A stretch of DNA of 64,000 nt from Promethearchaeia archaeon (GCA_029856145.1 JAHQWK010000016.1:32001-96000); one strand, 5' to 3'; positions 38,302 through 48,773 are shown, numbered from the stretch's first letter. Numbers and translations: made by a program. Notes: generated from the sequence alone by a model not told the origin.

Positions 38302-40227
38302 TTGAGTATGGAAGAATTTGATTATGAAAAACTAGGTCTTAAGTGTGGTTTAGAAATTCATCAACAATTAAATACGAAAAAAAAATTATTCTGTAGATGC
38401 CCTGCTAAACTTCAAGGAACTAGACAACCTGAATTTATTCTATCACGCAAAATGAGGCCTGTATTAGGTGAAATGGGTACTTATGATAAAGCAATGCTTA
38501 CTGAATATGAAAAAGGAATGGGAATTGTATATGAAGGTTATAACGATGTAGTATGTACTTATGAACTCGATGATACACCCCCATTTTCATGTAATATCGA
38601 AGCAAGAAAGGTTGCTCTCCAAATTGCTTTGCTTCTAAATGCAAATATTATTGAAGAAATGCATGTTTGCAGAAAGAATTACCTTGATGGAAGCGTGCCA
38701 AGTGGATTCCAAAGGACTATGATTTTGGGAACTGACGGCTATATAACTTTAGAAAGTGGTAAAAAAATCCGGATAGAAATTCTAAGTTTGGAAGAAGAAG
38801 CAGCGAGAAAAATTAAAACTGAAAATAAAACGAATTTTTTTCGATTAGATCGATTAGGAATTCCATTGGTAGAAGTAACAACCAAACCTGATATAAATAC
38901 TCCATATGAATGTCGAGAGTGTGCTGAAAGAATAGGATTGCTATTATGGTCAACAAATGTAAAGAAAGTTCTTGGATCAATTAGACAAGATGTTAATGTC
39001 AGTATTGAAGCAGGAACCAGAATTGAAATAAAAGGAGTTCAGAAATTAGGATGGATTCCTCTTTTAATCAATCATGAAATTTCACGACAATTAAAACTTC
39101 TTGAAATAAAAGAAGAACTTGAAAATAGAAAGTTAAAAGAAAATGATATTCCAAATAGCCCGATAGATTTAACTGGCACCCTGACTAAAACTAAATCCAG
39201 TTTTATAGCTAAGGGCATTAAATCGGGGAAACTATTATACGGGATTAATTTTAGTGGATTTAAAGGTATATTTGGTAAAGAGTTAATGGAAGATTATAGG
39301 TTTGGTACTGAAGTTAGTATTAAAGTAAAATTGATCTCTGGTTTAAGAGGAATAATTCATTCTGATGAAACCTTAAGCAAATATAATTTTTCAAATGAAG
39401 ACGTTAAGAAAATTAAAGAGAAATTAGGTTCTAAAGAAAATGATAGTTTTATTTTGCTATTAGGCTCTAAGAAAGAATTAAAAAAAGCAATTGATGTTAT
39501 CATCAATCGAGTAAAGTTTGCTTTTAATGGTGTTCCTCCTGAGACTAGAAAGGCTCTTGAAAATGGAAACACTGAATTTTTAAGAGAACTTCATGGGGGC
39601 GCAAGATTATATCCTGACACAGATACAGAAGCTATCTTCAATACTGAAGAAGAAATAAATGCAACAAGAAAAAATCTCCCAGAATATCCATGGATAATTA
39701 TAGAACAATATTCTAAAAAATATGAAGTTGAAGAAAGATTGATAAAAGACCTAATTTTTACAGGAAAACTCAAGTTGTTTGATGATCTAATAAAAATATA
39801 TCCTGATAATCCCTCATTAATCTTTACAACTCTATTAGAAACAACTATTGCCCTTAGAAGAGATGGGAAAACCATTGAAAATATTACTGACCTTGATTTT
39901 ATTAAAATTTTTACTCTTTTAAAGAAAAAAGAAATTAGTAAAGAAGCAATCGAAGAATTAATGAGCCTCAAAGCTAATACTCCAGAGCTTTCTATTGATA
40001 AGATTAAGAAGAAATTAAAAATTGAGAGTATTTCAATTGATGATCTCAAACAAATAATAGAGGAGATTATAAAAAATAACTTTAATCTAATAAAAGAAAA
40101 AGAATTGAGAGCAAAAGGGCCATTGATGGGAGAAGTTATGAAAAAAGTTAGAGGAAAAATTGATGGTGCCATTGTATCCAAAGAACTAGCTAATATTTTA
40201 AAAGAAAAAATAAAGGGGTTGAAATAA
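38302..40227 (+). CDS. gatE: Glu-tRNA(Gln) amidotransferase subunit E
   Basis: 'GLKCGLEIHQQL..KLFC', 'LDRLGIPLVE', 'IRQDVNVSI', 'GARLYPDTD'. Confidence 0.97.
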   Translation: MSMEEFDYEKLGLKCGLEIHQQLNTKKKLFCRCPAKLQGTRQPEFILSRKMRPVLGEMGTYDKAMLTEYEKGMGIVYEGYNDVVCTYELDDTPPFSCNIEARKVALQIALLLNANIIEEMHVCRKNYLDGSVPSGFQRTMILGTDGYITLESGKKIRIEILSLEEEAARKIKTENKTNFFRLDRLGIPLVEVTTKPDINTPYECRECAERIGLLLWSTNVKKVLGSIRQDVNVSIEAGTRIEIKGVQKLGWIPLLINHEISRQLKLLEIKEELENRKLKENDIPNSPIDLTGTLTKTKSSFIAKGIKSGKLLYGINFSGFKGIFGKELMEDYRFGTEVSIKVKLISGLRGIIHSDETLSKYNFSNEDVKKIKEKLGSKENDSFILLLGSKKELKKAIDVIINRVKFAFNGVPPETRKALENGNTEFLRELHGGARLYPDTDTEAIFNTEEEINATRKNLPEYPWIIIEQYSKKYEVEERLIKDLIFTGKLKLFDDLIKIYPDNPSLIFTTLLETTIALRRDGKTIENITDLDFIKIFTLLKKKEISKEAIEELMSLKANTPELSIDKIKKKLKIESISIDDLKQIIEEIIKNNFNLIKEKELRAKGPLMGEVMKKVRGKIDGAIVSKELANILKEKIKGLK

Positions 40228-41586
40228 ATGAGTGAAAATTTAAAAGGCTATAAAGGAGAAGGAAAGAAGCTATTAGAAAAAAATAAGGTCGGAATTTGGG
40301 ATATTGTTCATATTAAAACAGGAAAAACTCAATATGAAGGAATTATTTTACCAAGAATTGAACACTCAGCTCCAAATTTCATAAACATAAAATTGGAAAA
40401 TAATTACAATATTGGAGTAAAGGTTTCTGAAATACAGGAAATTAAAAAGATTGGAAAACGAGAAGCTTCTTATAAAATACCTCAAAAAAAATTTCCATAC
40501 AATCAAGATCTCCCTAATATAAAGTTATTGGGAACTGGTGGAACTATTGCATCAAGATTGGATTATACTACAGGCGCAGTGATTCCTTCCTTCACTCCTG
40601 GAGAATTATATAGTGCTGTTCCAGAATTGGCAGAAATATGTAATCTTGATTGTGAAATTGTTTTTGAAATTCTTTCTGAAAATATGAAACCTGAATATTG
40701 GCAACAATTAGCAGAAAAAGTTAAAGAAGCAGCAAATTCAGGAATCAATGGGATTATGATTGGTCATGGAACTGATACAATGTCATTTACCAGTGCAGCT
40801 CTCTCATTCATGCTAAAGGATCTATCAATTCCTGTAGTCCTAGTTGGTAGTCAGAGGAGCTCCGATAGACCGTCTTCGGATGCAGCCTTAAACTTAATTA
40901 ATGCTGCGGTTGTAGCAAATTCAAATATCGCTGAGGTCTTAGTTTGTATGCTCGGATCTTCATCTCATGATTATGGATTAATCCACAGAGGTACGTTAGT
41001 AAGAAAAATGCATTCATCTGTTAGGAATACCTTTAGAACTATAAATAACATACCACTGGGCATGGTTCAAAATAGAAAAATTAAAATGTTCACTAAAGAC
41101 TATAAGAAAAAATCAAAATTAGAAACAAAAGCTCTAACTAAATTCGAAAAAAAAATTGCACTTGTATATTCTTACCCCGGAACTGATAATGAGCAAATTA
41201 ATTTTTACATTGATAATAGTTATAAGGGAATTGTATTTGCTGGAACTGGATTAGGACATGTGTCCACTACTATTTATGATTCAATAGAAAGAGCTATTCA
41301 AGAAGGATTAACCATTCTCATGACCACGCAAACACTCCATGGATATGTTGGGATGAATGTCTATTCAACTGGAAGAGAATTATTAAATAGGGGGATTATC
41401 CCTGGACAAAATCTATTGCCAGAAGTCGCCTATGTAAAACTTGGTTGGGTACTAGGACAAACTACGAATCCTGAAGAAATTAAAGCCTTATTATTAGAGA
41501 ATATTGCAGGTGAGTTTTTAGAACGAGAAATACCTATAGCTTTCAATTATAATATTGATGAATTACTAAAAAAGAACAAGCTCTAG
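40228..41586 (+). CDS. gatD: Glu-tRNA(Gln) amidotransferase subunit D
   Basis: TGGTIASR, HGTDT, SQRSSDRPSSD, 'RKMHSS.R'. Confidence 0.97.
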   Translation: MSENLKGYKGEGKKLLEKNKVGIWDIVHIKTGKTQYEGIILPRIEHSAPNFINIKLENNYNIGVKVSEIQEIKKIGKREASYKIPQKKFPYNQDLPNIKLLGTGGTIASRLDYTTGAVIPSFTPGELYSAVPELAEICNLDCEIVFEILSENMKPEYWQQLAEKVKEAANSGINGIMIGHGTDTMSFTSAALSFMLKDLSIPVVLVGSQRSSDRPSSDAALNLINAAVVANSNIAEVLVCMLGSSSHDYGLIHRGTLVRKMHSSVRNTFRTINNIPLGMVQNRKIKMFTKDYKKKSKLETKALTKFEKKIALVYSYPGTDNEQINFYIDNSYKGIVFAGTGLGHVSTTIYDSIERAIQEGLTILMTTQTLHGYVGMNVYSTGRELLNRGIIPGQNLLPEVAYVKLGWVLGQTTNPEEIKALLLENIAGEFLEREIPIAFNYNIDELLKKNKL

Positions 41587-41717
41587 ACTACTTAAATTGT
41601 ATCTTATTTTGGTAAGAAACTTTATTTTTCAATTAAACTTTAAATTTTCAGTGAAAATAATAAAAATTTTAAAGTTTGCATAATTAAAGTTCATATTCAG
41701 ACAATATCGTGAAGTAA

Positions 41718-42449
41718 ATGGGAAAACGAATTTTAGCTCAAAGAAAAGGTAGAGGCGTCCTTGGGTTTAGATCTCCCAGCCATCGGCATGCCGGTAGAGT
41801 AAAATATAGAAGTTTTAAGAAGAATGAGAAGCTATTTACGTTTAAAGTACTAGATCTCATCCATTCTCCCGGAAGAGGAGCCCCTGTTGCTCGCATACAA
41901 TATGAAGATACAAAAGAAAAAGCTTTATGGTTGCCTCCAGAAGGAATTTTTGTAGGACAAGAGTTTATACAATCTAAAACGGGTTACGGTCAATCAGTAG
42001 AGGTTGGAAATGTCTTACCGCTTAAAAAAATGCCGTTAGGGACATTAGTATTTAACATCGAGGCCACTCCGCAGGACGGAGGCAAATTCGCGAGAGCGTC
42101 TGGTGTTGCTGCAATTGTTAGAAACAGGTCTGGAAATAAAGTCGAAGTTCTCTTTCGTTCAAAGAAAACTAAATGGATACACGAGAAATGCCTAGCAACT
42201 ATTGGTGTAGTTGCCGGTGGAGGTCGTACAGATAAACCTTTTCTTAAAGCTGGAAATAAGTTCCATTATGTAAAATCTAAAGCTAAAAAATGGCCTGTGG
42301 TAAGAGGAGTCGCTATGAACGCGGTGTCTCATCCATACGGTGGCGGCGCAAAGCAATCTCCTCATAAATCTACGACAACAAGTAGAAATGCTCCTCCAGG
42401 TAGGAAAGTTGGGCAAATAGCTGCTCGTAGAACGGGACATCAAAATTAA
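41718..42449 (+). CDS. rpl2: 50S ribosomal protein L2 (uL2)
   Basis: MGKRILAQRKG, 'WPVVRGVAMNAVSHPYGGG', 'PPGRKVG'. Confidence 0.98.
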   Translation: MGKRILAQRKGRGVLGFRSPSHRHAGRVKYRSFKKNEKLFTFKVLDLIHSPGRGAPVARIQYEDTKEKALWLPPEGIFVGQEFIQSKTGYGQSVEVGNVLPLKKMPLGTLVFNIEATPQDGGKFARASGVAAIVRNRSGNKVEVLFRSKKTKWIHEKCLATIGVVAGGGRTDKPFLKAGNKFHYVKSKAKKWPVVRGVAMNAVSHPYGGGAKQSPHKSTTTSRNAPPGRKVGQIAARRTGHQN

Positions 42450-42644
42450 ATCTACAATACTTCAATTTCTTTTTTAAAAATAGATTAAAATAAAAAAAAG
42501 TTAGATTTAATTATTAAAACTTAATAAATCTTTTCAATGGCTCAAAAGAATAATTAATTGCTCTTCTTTATTTAAAGAGATTAAGAAATTGCGCCCCCTC
42601 AACCCTTAACTAGAAAAAAAAGAAATAGAAAAGAAAAATCTAGC

Positions 42645-43544
42645 TTAATGTAGATTAACGTTAAAATTAAATGTTATATTTTGTAAAAACTCCTTATACC
42701 GAGAACGAAGCGTCACTTCAGTGACTCCAATGACTTTTGAAATGTCTTTTTGGCTTACTTTATGATTCTTCAGCTTCGATACTAAATATATCGCTCCTGC
42801 ACATAACCCTTTTGGATCCTTACCGCAAATCGATGTTTTCTCAATGAAATTCTTTAATACTTTTATCGCCTCTTTCTCCACATTAATATCTAAACTTAAG
42901 TCAGCACAATAGCGTGGTATAAGGGATACAGGATCAATATGGGGTGATTTTAAATTCAATTCTCTTACTAAGATCTTATAGCATTTTTTTACAATATTAT
43001 CATTTATTGACGCTTCATCTAAGATTTCTTGAAGAGTAATAGGAACTCTCTCCTGCTTACATACATAATACGCACAAGCAGCAATCATACCATTTATAGA
43101 TCTGCCCCTTAAGAGATTTCTTTTAAAGACTTCTTTATAAAGCCGAACAGCTGATTTCTTTACTCTCTCTGGAAAATTTAAATTACCACCGATCCTCTTT
43201 AATTCCGTAATGGCAATTAACATATTTCTCTTTTCCCAGGATAAATGAGTATTCCATTTTGCTGCCCTCCTTAAATCGGGATTTTTAATTTTCGTCCTAT
43301 CAATAATAGTACTCAAACCTATATCAGGCATCAAAATTGAAATTGGACATCCGGTTTGTTCTTTTTTATCCTTCTCTTGCTTCGAATAAGCCCTTATACC
43401 ACTGTGAGTGATATCAACTGCCTTTTCAGATACAACTAAACCACAATGCTGACAAACAATCTCCCCTCTTTGATGGATATCGATAGTGGTTCCCCCACAT
43501 TCAGGACAGAAACCACCAGTTTGAAGTGTTATTTCAACAACCAT
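42645..43544 (-). CDS. tfb: Transcription initiation factor IIB
   Basis: CPECG..CQHCG Zn ribbon, two cyclin repeats, 'GVTEVTLRSRYKE'. Confidence 0.95.
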   Translation of the reverse strand: MVVEITLQTGGFCPECGGTTIDIHQRGEIVCQHCGLVVSEKAVDITHSGIRAYSKQEKDKKEQTGCPISILMPDIGLSTIIDRTKIKNPDLRRAAKWNTHLSWEKRNMLIAITELKRIGGNLNFPERVKKSAVRLYKEVFKRNLLRGRSINGMIAACAYYVCKQERVPITLQEILDEASINDNIVKKCYKILVRELNLKSPHIDPVSLIPRYCADLSLDINVEKEAIKVLKNFIEKTSICGKDPKGLCAGAIYLVSKLKNHKVSQKDISKVIGVTEVTLRSRYKEFLQNITFNFNVNLH

Positions 43545-44232
43545 AAGTTTTAACCCTAATTATTAGTTTTTTTATCGATTTTTATGATAATTAGTATTTT
43601 TGAACACACAATAAATACAAAAAAACCTCTTTTTTACAACAAACCCTTTTTTTGTATATAATAACAGATCACTTTCAAGTATTTAAATGTTTTCGTTATA
43701 ACAAATCCTTTATATATGCATTGCTTATTTATACACAAAAAAATTTGTTAGTAAAAACTATTAATATGATATTATAAAATATGTATAATATCCACAATAT
43801 ACCTTTTTTGTTATAAAATCTATTAATGATTTCTATGGAATTACTAAATTTGTCGGAAAAATTGGTTATAATAAGTATAAATCAATTTCTTTTAGCATAA
43901 AAAAGGATTGAAATTAATTATAACTAATTGCATTTTTCATTAAACTATATCATTACTTATGTTTTCACATTATTCATAATTATCAATGCATAGGGTATTA
44001 TAAAATTCAATTTATCGTTTTGTACACACAAAATTCCGTTTTCATACAAGTAAAAAAAATAAAAAAAAAGTTAAATAATAGTTCTTTTATTATGTTTTCA
44101 AGCCAAAATTAGTTTGGAATTAGTGGTAAAAAAATAAGTAATCCTAATAAAACTGAGGAAAAACAGGATAAAAAAGATTCAGAGGAATCTTCTATAATCA
44201 ATAATGGTAATTCTATTAAAAAAACAGATGAA

Positions 44233-45066
44233 ATGAAGAAATACGAGGAAATCACCGGTAGATATGCAATTTGGCGGGGAGTCATAACCGAGGGTTTTAG
44301 AAAGTGGCAAAGAGGGGAGAAAGTCTATCACAGAGAAAAAGAACGAATTTCTTTGTATGTATCTGATGACACTAAATCAAAGTGGTTAAAATATACAAAG
44401 AATAATGGAGATCTTACCATCTCAAAGCTTATTCGAGAGGCAGTCTCATATTTTATAGAAAGTAAATCAATAGAAACTGGGTATAGCTTATCAAAATTAA
44501 ATCCTCAAACAATTTCAAATATCTCTCATACATTAAAGGAGCCTTTAACTTCAATAAAGGGTTATTCACAGCTACTTCTTGAGAACTATAGAGAAAAATT
44601 GAATGATCAGGTTTTAGAGACAGTCAAAAATATTTTTGAACAGTCTATCCTACTTGAGAAGAAAATAATTAATATTTTAGATAACATAAAAGTAGAATCA
44701 GACTACGATGTGTTATTAATTGAGGATGATCTTGCAACCATTCGATTGATAACAAGTTATTTCGACAGTAAGGGATATGAATGTAAAGGTGTTGTAAGTG
44801 GTTCAAAAGGCTTGGAAGAATTAGGGAATACAATTCCAAAACTGATCTTGTTAGATATTATTTTGCCGGACCTAAGTGGATATGACATCTGTAAAACAAT
44901 TAAGTCAGATAAAGAATGGTCACATATTCCTTTATTTTTCTTAACCGCCATAGCTGGGAGCGAGGTCGAAAAAAACTTACCAGATACGAAAGCAGATGGG
45001 TATATATTAAAACCGTTTAATTTTTCTGACTTTGAAGTAATTTTTGATATTTTAAAGAAAAGCTAA
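44233..45066 (+). CDS. Response regulator: RHH-like + HisKA(DHp) + receiver
   Basis: 'SHTLKEPLTSIKG', 'IEDD..LLDIILPD..KPF'; the true start may lie upstream (frame open from 44113). Confidence 0.88.
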   Translation: MKKYEEITGRYAIWRGVITEGFRKWQRGEKVYHREKERISLYVSDDTKSKWLKYTKNNGDLTISKLIREAVSYFIESKSIETGYSLSKLNPQTISNISHTLKEPLTSIKGYSQLLLENYREKLNDQVLETVKNIFEQSILLEKKIINILDNIKVESDYDVLLIEDDLATIRLITSYFDSKGYECKGVVSGSKGLEELGNTIPKLILLDIILPDLSGYDICKTIKSDKEWSHIPLFFLTAIAGSEVEKNLPDTKADGYILKPFNFSDFEVIFDILKKS

Positions 45067-45348
45067 GAGCACAATTTTATACTTTAACTATTTCTTAAAA
45101 ATTTGGACATAATCACAATAACACATTAGCTTTATAATAAAAAAGATTTATAAACGGATAAAAAATTACACAATATTGTATACTATCATTATTTGAAATC
45201 ATTATTGAAGATAAATTTTGTATAATTGGAGATCAATGTTTACAAAATATTAGATATCTGATAAAAAAAAAAGAGGGATCAAAAAATTTCAAATAAAAAC
45301 AATACAGCTAAAAAAAATAAGAAAGAAAAAGGAATTGAGAAGAGGAGC

Positions 45349-46239
45349 ATGACAGATGAGGAGATCGCTAACCTCGATCTGAACAGTAAAGAATTTAAGG
45401 AATTAACGAAAAAATATGAAGAGGGAACTGATAAATATGCAATTTGGCGTGGATCTATTACAGAAGGATTTAAAAAGTGGTTAAAAGGGGAAAAAATATA
45501 TGACAGAGATAAAGAAAGAATCTCATTATATGTTTCCGAAGAGACAAAACAGCAATGGCAAGATTTTAAAGAAAGAAAGGAATATTCGACTATCTCAGCT
45601 TTGATTCGAGAGAGTGTTGATTTTTATATTGAGCAAAAATCTGATCTACTTAGCGATAGATTACAAAGAATGGATGAAAAGACAATTTCTAATATTTCTC
45701 ATGCTTTAAAGGAACCACTCACCACAATAAAGGGATTTAGTCAACTCCTTCTGGAAAATTACGCAGATGAGTTGAATGAAGATGTATTGGTTACAATTAA
45801 AAATATCTTTGATCAAAGTTTACTTCTTGAAAATAAAATCATTAACATTTTAGATAATATCGCTACTGAAGAACCTCATCCTCAGTATGATATACTTCTG
45901 ATTGAAGACGATTTAGCAACTATACGTTTGCTTACGAGTTATTTCGAAAGTAAAGGCTATAAATGTAAGGGCGTCGTAAGTGGAACAAAAGGTATAGAAG
46001 AAATTAGGGGCGGGCTCCCTAAACTTATCCTATTAGATATCATCTTACCAGACATATCTGGCTATGAAATATGTAAAATGATTAAGGAGCATGAAAAATA
46101 TCAGGAAATTCCTGTCTACTTATTAACTGCAATACCTGGGAGTGAGGTGGAAAAAAAAATGGTTGATATTAAAGCCGATGGATATATCTTGAAACCTTTC
46201 GATTTTTCAGATTTTGAAGTAGTCTTCCGATATTTATAA
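45349..46239 (+). CDS. Response regulator paralog: RHH-like + HisKA(DHp) + receiver
   Basis: 'SHALKEPLTTIKG', 'IEDD..LLDIILPD..KPF'. Confidence 0.9.
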   Translation: MTDEEIANLDLNSKEFKELTKKYEEGTDKYAIWRGSITEGFKKWLKGEKIYDRDKERISLYVSEETKQQWQDFKERKEYSTISALIRESVDFYIEQKSDLLSDRLQRMDEKTISNISHALKEPLTTIKGFSQLLLENYADELNEDVLVTIKNIFDQSLLLENKIINILDNIATEEPHPQYDILLIEDDLATIRLLTSYFESKGYKCKGVVSGTKGIEEIRGGLPKLILLDIILPDISGYEICKMIKEHEKYQEIPVYLLTAIPGSEVEKKMVDIKADGYILKPFDFSDFEVVFRYL

Positions 46240-46292
46240 TTTATTTTAAGACAAATGTGGGATTGTCCCTAATTAATTTTTTTTAAAAATAG

Positions 46293-46396
46293 CGGGCTAT
46301 GAGGGAATCCCGTCAGCTGGGGTGTCTCCAGCTCATTTCGAACCCCCGACCCACCGGTTAAGAGCCGGTTGCGCTACCTGCCTGCGCCAATAGCCC
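46293..46396 (-). tRNA. tRNA-Lys(CUU) with a 30-nt intron at 59/60 (46307-46336)
   Basis: Acceptor GGGCUAU/AUAGCCC, anticodon arm ACCGG-CU-CUU-AA-CCGGU, T-loop split by a BHB (UUCG/CGGG). Confidence 0.93.
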
Positions 46397-46430
46397 CTAA
46401 TTTAGTATTTTATATAATGTTTCTAAAAAG

Positions 46431-46565
46431 CGCAGACGGAGGGAATCCCGTCAGTTGAAGCATTTCCAACTGATCTCGAACCCCCGAGCGCTCGCGCGCA
46501 CCGGCTAACTTGTTTAAATATTAAAAATCTCAAGGCCGGCGTCTTACCAGCTAGGCTACGTCTGC
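46431..46565 (-). tRNA. tRNA-Ser(UGA) with two introns: 37/38 (46507-46528) and 59/60 (46445-46474)
   Basis: Acceptor GCAGACG/CGUCUGC, G73, long variable arm, BHBs CUUG/CAAG and UUCG/CGGG. Confidence 0.92.
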
Positions 46566-46711
46566 GTAATTAAAAATTTTATATTTTAATACTTATTTTA
46601 CTTTGATGCTATAAATAGTTTATAATAAAGAAAATAAATTTTTTATTATTTTACATTTGTCCTTCTTAAGCTCTACCTCAACAATAAGTAAAATATAAAT
46701 TTCATGCTACA

Positions 46712-47227
46712 TTGACCATTAAAAGAGATGGTGAAGATATGAGTGGGGCAAAGGATTTTCGTTATTTAATACCAGAAAGTTTATTTAAAGAGATTACTCA
46801 AAAGGCGTCAGAAGAATATCCAAACATCATTCATGGGTGGCTCTTTGCCGAGAGAAAAGAGAATTTCGGAATCTGTACTAAATTCATAAAGAATCCCGAT
46901 TTACGGAAAAATAAAGTTCATGTTAAACCACGAAGTTGGATGCGCTATAAAAAATCTAAAATCTATAATATGCGTAAATTCAAAGCTGAACTGGGGGTTG
47001 ATATTGTCTATATGTGGCACTCTCATCCGTCGGGGAACGAGAAGCTTCACGCTATTGACAAGAGAATCTTGAAGTATTTATCAAATGGAGTTATGATAAT
47101 CGTTATCCCTTCAGTTCCCAATAAAACACCAGAACAAAAAGCTCATCTAGTAGGCTGGTATTACGATAAAAGGTATACAAAGAAGCCAATCATCGAAAAA
47201 ATGGTTTTTGAGATAATCTCGGAATAA
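46712..47227 (+). CDS. JAB/MPN-domain protein (variant motif)
   Basis: 'WHSHPSGNEKLHAID', 'EEYPNIIHGWL'. Confidence 0.8.
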   Translation: MTIKRDGEDMSGAKDFRYLIPESLFKEITQKASEEYPNIIHGWLFAERKENFGICTKFIKNPDLRKNKVHVKPRSWMRYKKSKIYNMRKFKAELGVDIVYMWHSHPSGNEKLHAIDKRILKYLSNGVMIIVIPSVPNKTPEQKAHLVGWYYDKRYTKKPIIEKMVFEIISE

Positions 47228-47351
47228 TTTATAATTATTTTCCTTTTTCTTCTTTTTTTTGAATTCTTTGAATTATACAATTAGTTCAAGTAAAATTTAT
47301 AACCATCCTTAGAATTTTTAAGATATCGTTTTATTTACTAAAAAGAATTTT

Positions 47352-48560
47352 ATGGAATTTAGGGACAAAAATATGAAAAAAGATGATTTTTCAACTCAAG
47401 AATTAGATAACCTGGAAAAAAGCAATCACCGTTATTTTCAAGTGGATCTTTTGAAAGCTGTGATGATTTTTTTGGTTATCTTTGATCATACTGTACCATG
47501 GGCTCTAAAAGATTACATGGGTGTTGCTTTATGGGAGAGAATCTCAATTCCCGTGTTTCTAGTAATTATGGGTTTTAATATGGGGCTTTCCTTTAAACAA
47601 ACTGGTGAAACATCATTAAAAAAACTGTATTCATGGAACTATTTTAAAAAGAAGTTTTGGCGTTATATCTTTCCTTTTTTTGTATTATATCTTTTGTCTA
47701 CGTTCATAGGATTAGCCATCAATGGTTTCGATCTTGATGCTCTTAATCAATACCAATACAGATTTGATTTTGCGCATCTCTTTATCGGCATATTACCATT
47801 CTACGGTCCAGGAAATTGGTTTTTGCCCGTTGTTTTCTGGTCGATTTTAATCGTGCCTTTATTATACAAAGGATTTTCTGGAAAACTAAAATGGAGAATT
47901 ATTACTTTAACCCTATGCTACATTGTAGAATTATCAGTTCATCTAGCCATCTTATTTATTCTTATTCCTAATGTTGCATCCTATCCTGAGTTTATGTTTT
48001 ATTTCCGATTTACCTATACTACACCCCTCTTCTTGTTATCTGCTATTGGATTAGGATTGTGGTTTTCAAAGAATCATAATATCTTCGCTAAAAAAAATAT
48101 ATTTATATGGATTCTCTTTCCTTTAAGCTTAGTATATCTCATCGCATTTCAGTTCTTTGATTTCTTTTTTGGCTTTGAGTTCGGGGATTACCATTTACTT
48201 GTTTTTCCCTATTCTGCGTTCTTAGTTTTAATCGCACTAAAATTAATTCCAAAAAAAGTCAATAATAATAATTTATTCATTAAGGGAATTAGAATAATTA
48301 GTAAATCGACATATCATATCCTATTGACACAGATATTATATTTCGCAATTGCGATAAGTATATGGGGGGATCATTATGGTGCAAGTATTTTTGGAATTGA
48401 TATTGGGTACGATCCACTTGTGGTTTTTCTTTATCTCTTAATAAATTGGGTGATATGCATTCCAATTGGCGCTATATGGTGGTACGGAGAAACTAGGGTG
48501 CGAGAATATCGACGCTTAAGGAAAATCTTAAAATCAAATAATAAAAAAAAAAGAATTTGA
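47352..48560 (+). CDS. Membrane acyltransferase family 3
   Basis: 'RYFQVDLLKAVMIFLVIFDH', 'IPVFLVIMG', 'WFL', 'STYHILL.Q'. Confidence 0.88.
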   Translation: MEFRDKNMKKDDFSTQELDNLEKSNHRYFQVDLLKAVMIFLVIFDHTVPWALKDYMGVALWERISIPVFLVIMGFNMGLSFKQTGETSLKKLYSWNYFKKKFWRYIFPFFVLYLLSTFIGLAINGFDLDALNQYQYRFDFAHLFIGILPFYGPGNWFLPVVFWSILIVPLLYKGFSGKLKWRIITLTLCYIVELSVHLAILFILIPNVASYPEFMFYFRFTYTTPLFLLSAIGLGLWFSKNHNIFAKKNIFIWILFPLSLVYLIAFQFFDFFFGFEFGDYHLLVFPYSAFLVLIALKLIPKKVNNNNLFIKGIRIISKSTYHILLTQILYFAIAISIWGDHYGASIFGIDIGYDPLVVFLYLLINWVICIPIGAIWWYGETRVREYRRLRKILKSNNKKKRI

Positions 48561-48681
48561 AAATTTATAACCAAATTATTTTTCTATTTTTGCTTTCTAA
48601 TTTAAAAGCCTAGATTTTATAATAAAATATTAAAATTTTGAATTGTTATATTGAAATTGTATCATATCAAATCAAAGTTAA

Positions 48682-48764
48682 GCAATCGTTGCATAGCCTG
48701 GTAATGCGCCGGTCTGCTAAACCGGTGTCCAACGGACTCGTGGGTTCGAATCCCACCGATTGCG
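48682..48764 (+). tRNA. tRNA-Ser(GCU)
   Basis: GCAAUCG/CGAUUGC, CCGGU-CU-GCU-AA-ACCGG, long variable arm, GGUUCGAAUCC. Confidence 0.96.
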
Positions 48765-48773
48765 CTTAGTTTT

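Noticed and set aside
39591-40181. 196-aa antisense ORF and other short overlapping ORFs in the track
   Set aside because: They lie opposite or within well-identified genes (here gatE) and show reverse-complement codon bias.
46431-46565. tRNA-Sec interpretation
   Set aside because: The anticodon is UGA (Ser), not UCA, with a standard 7-bp acceptor stem.
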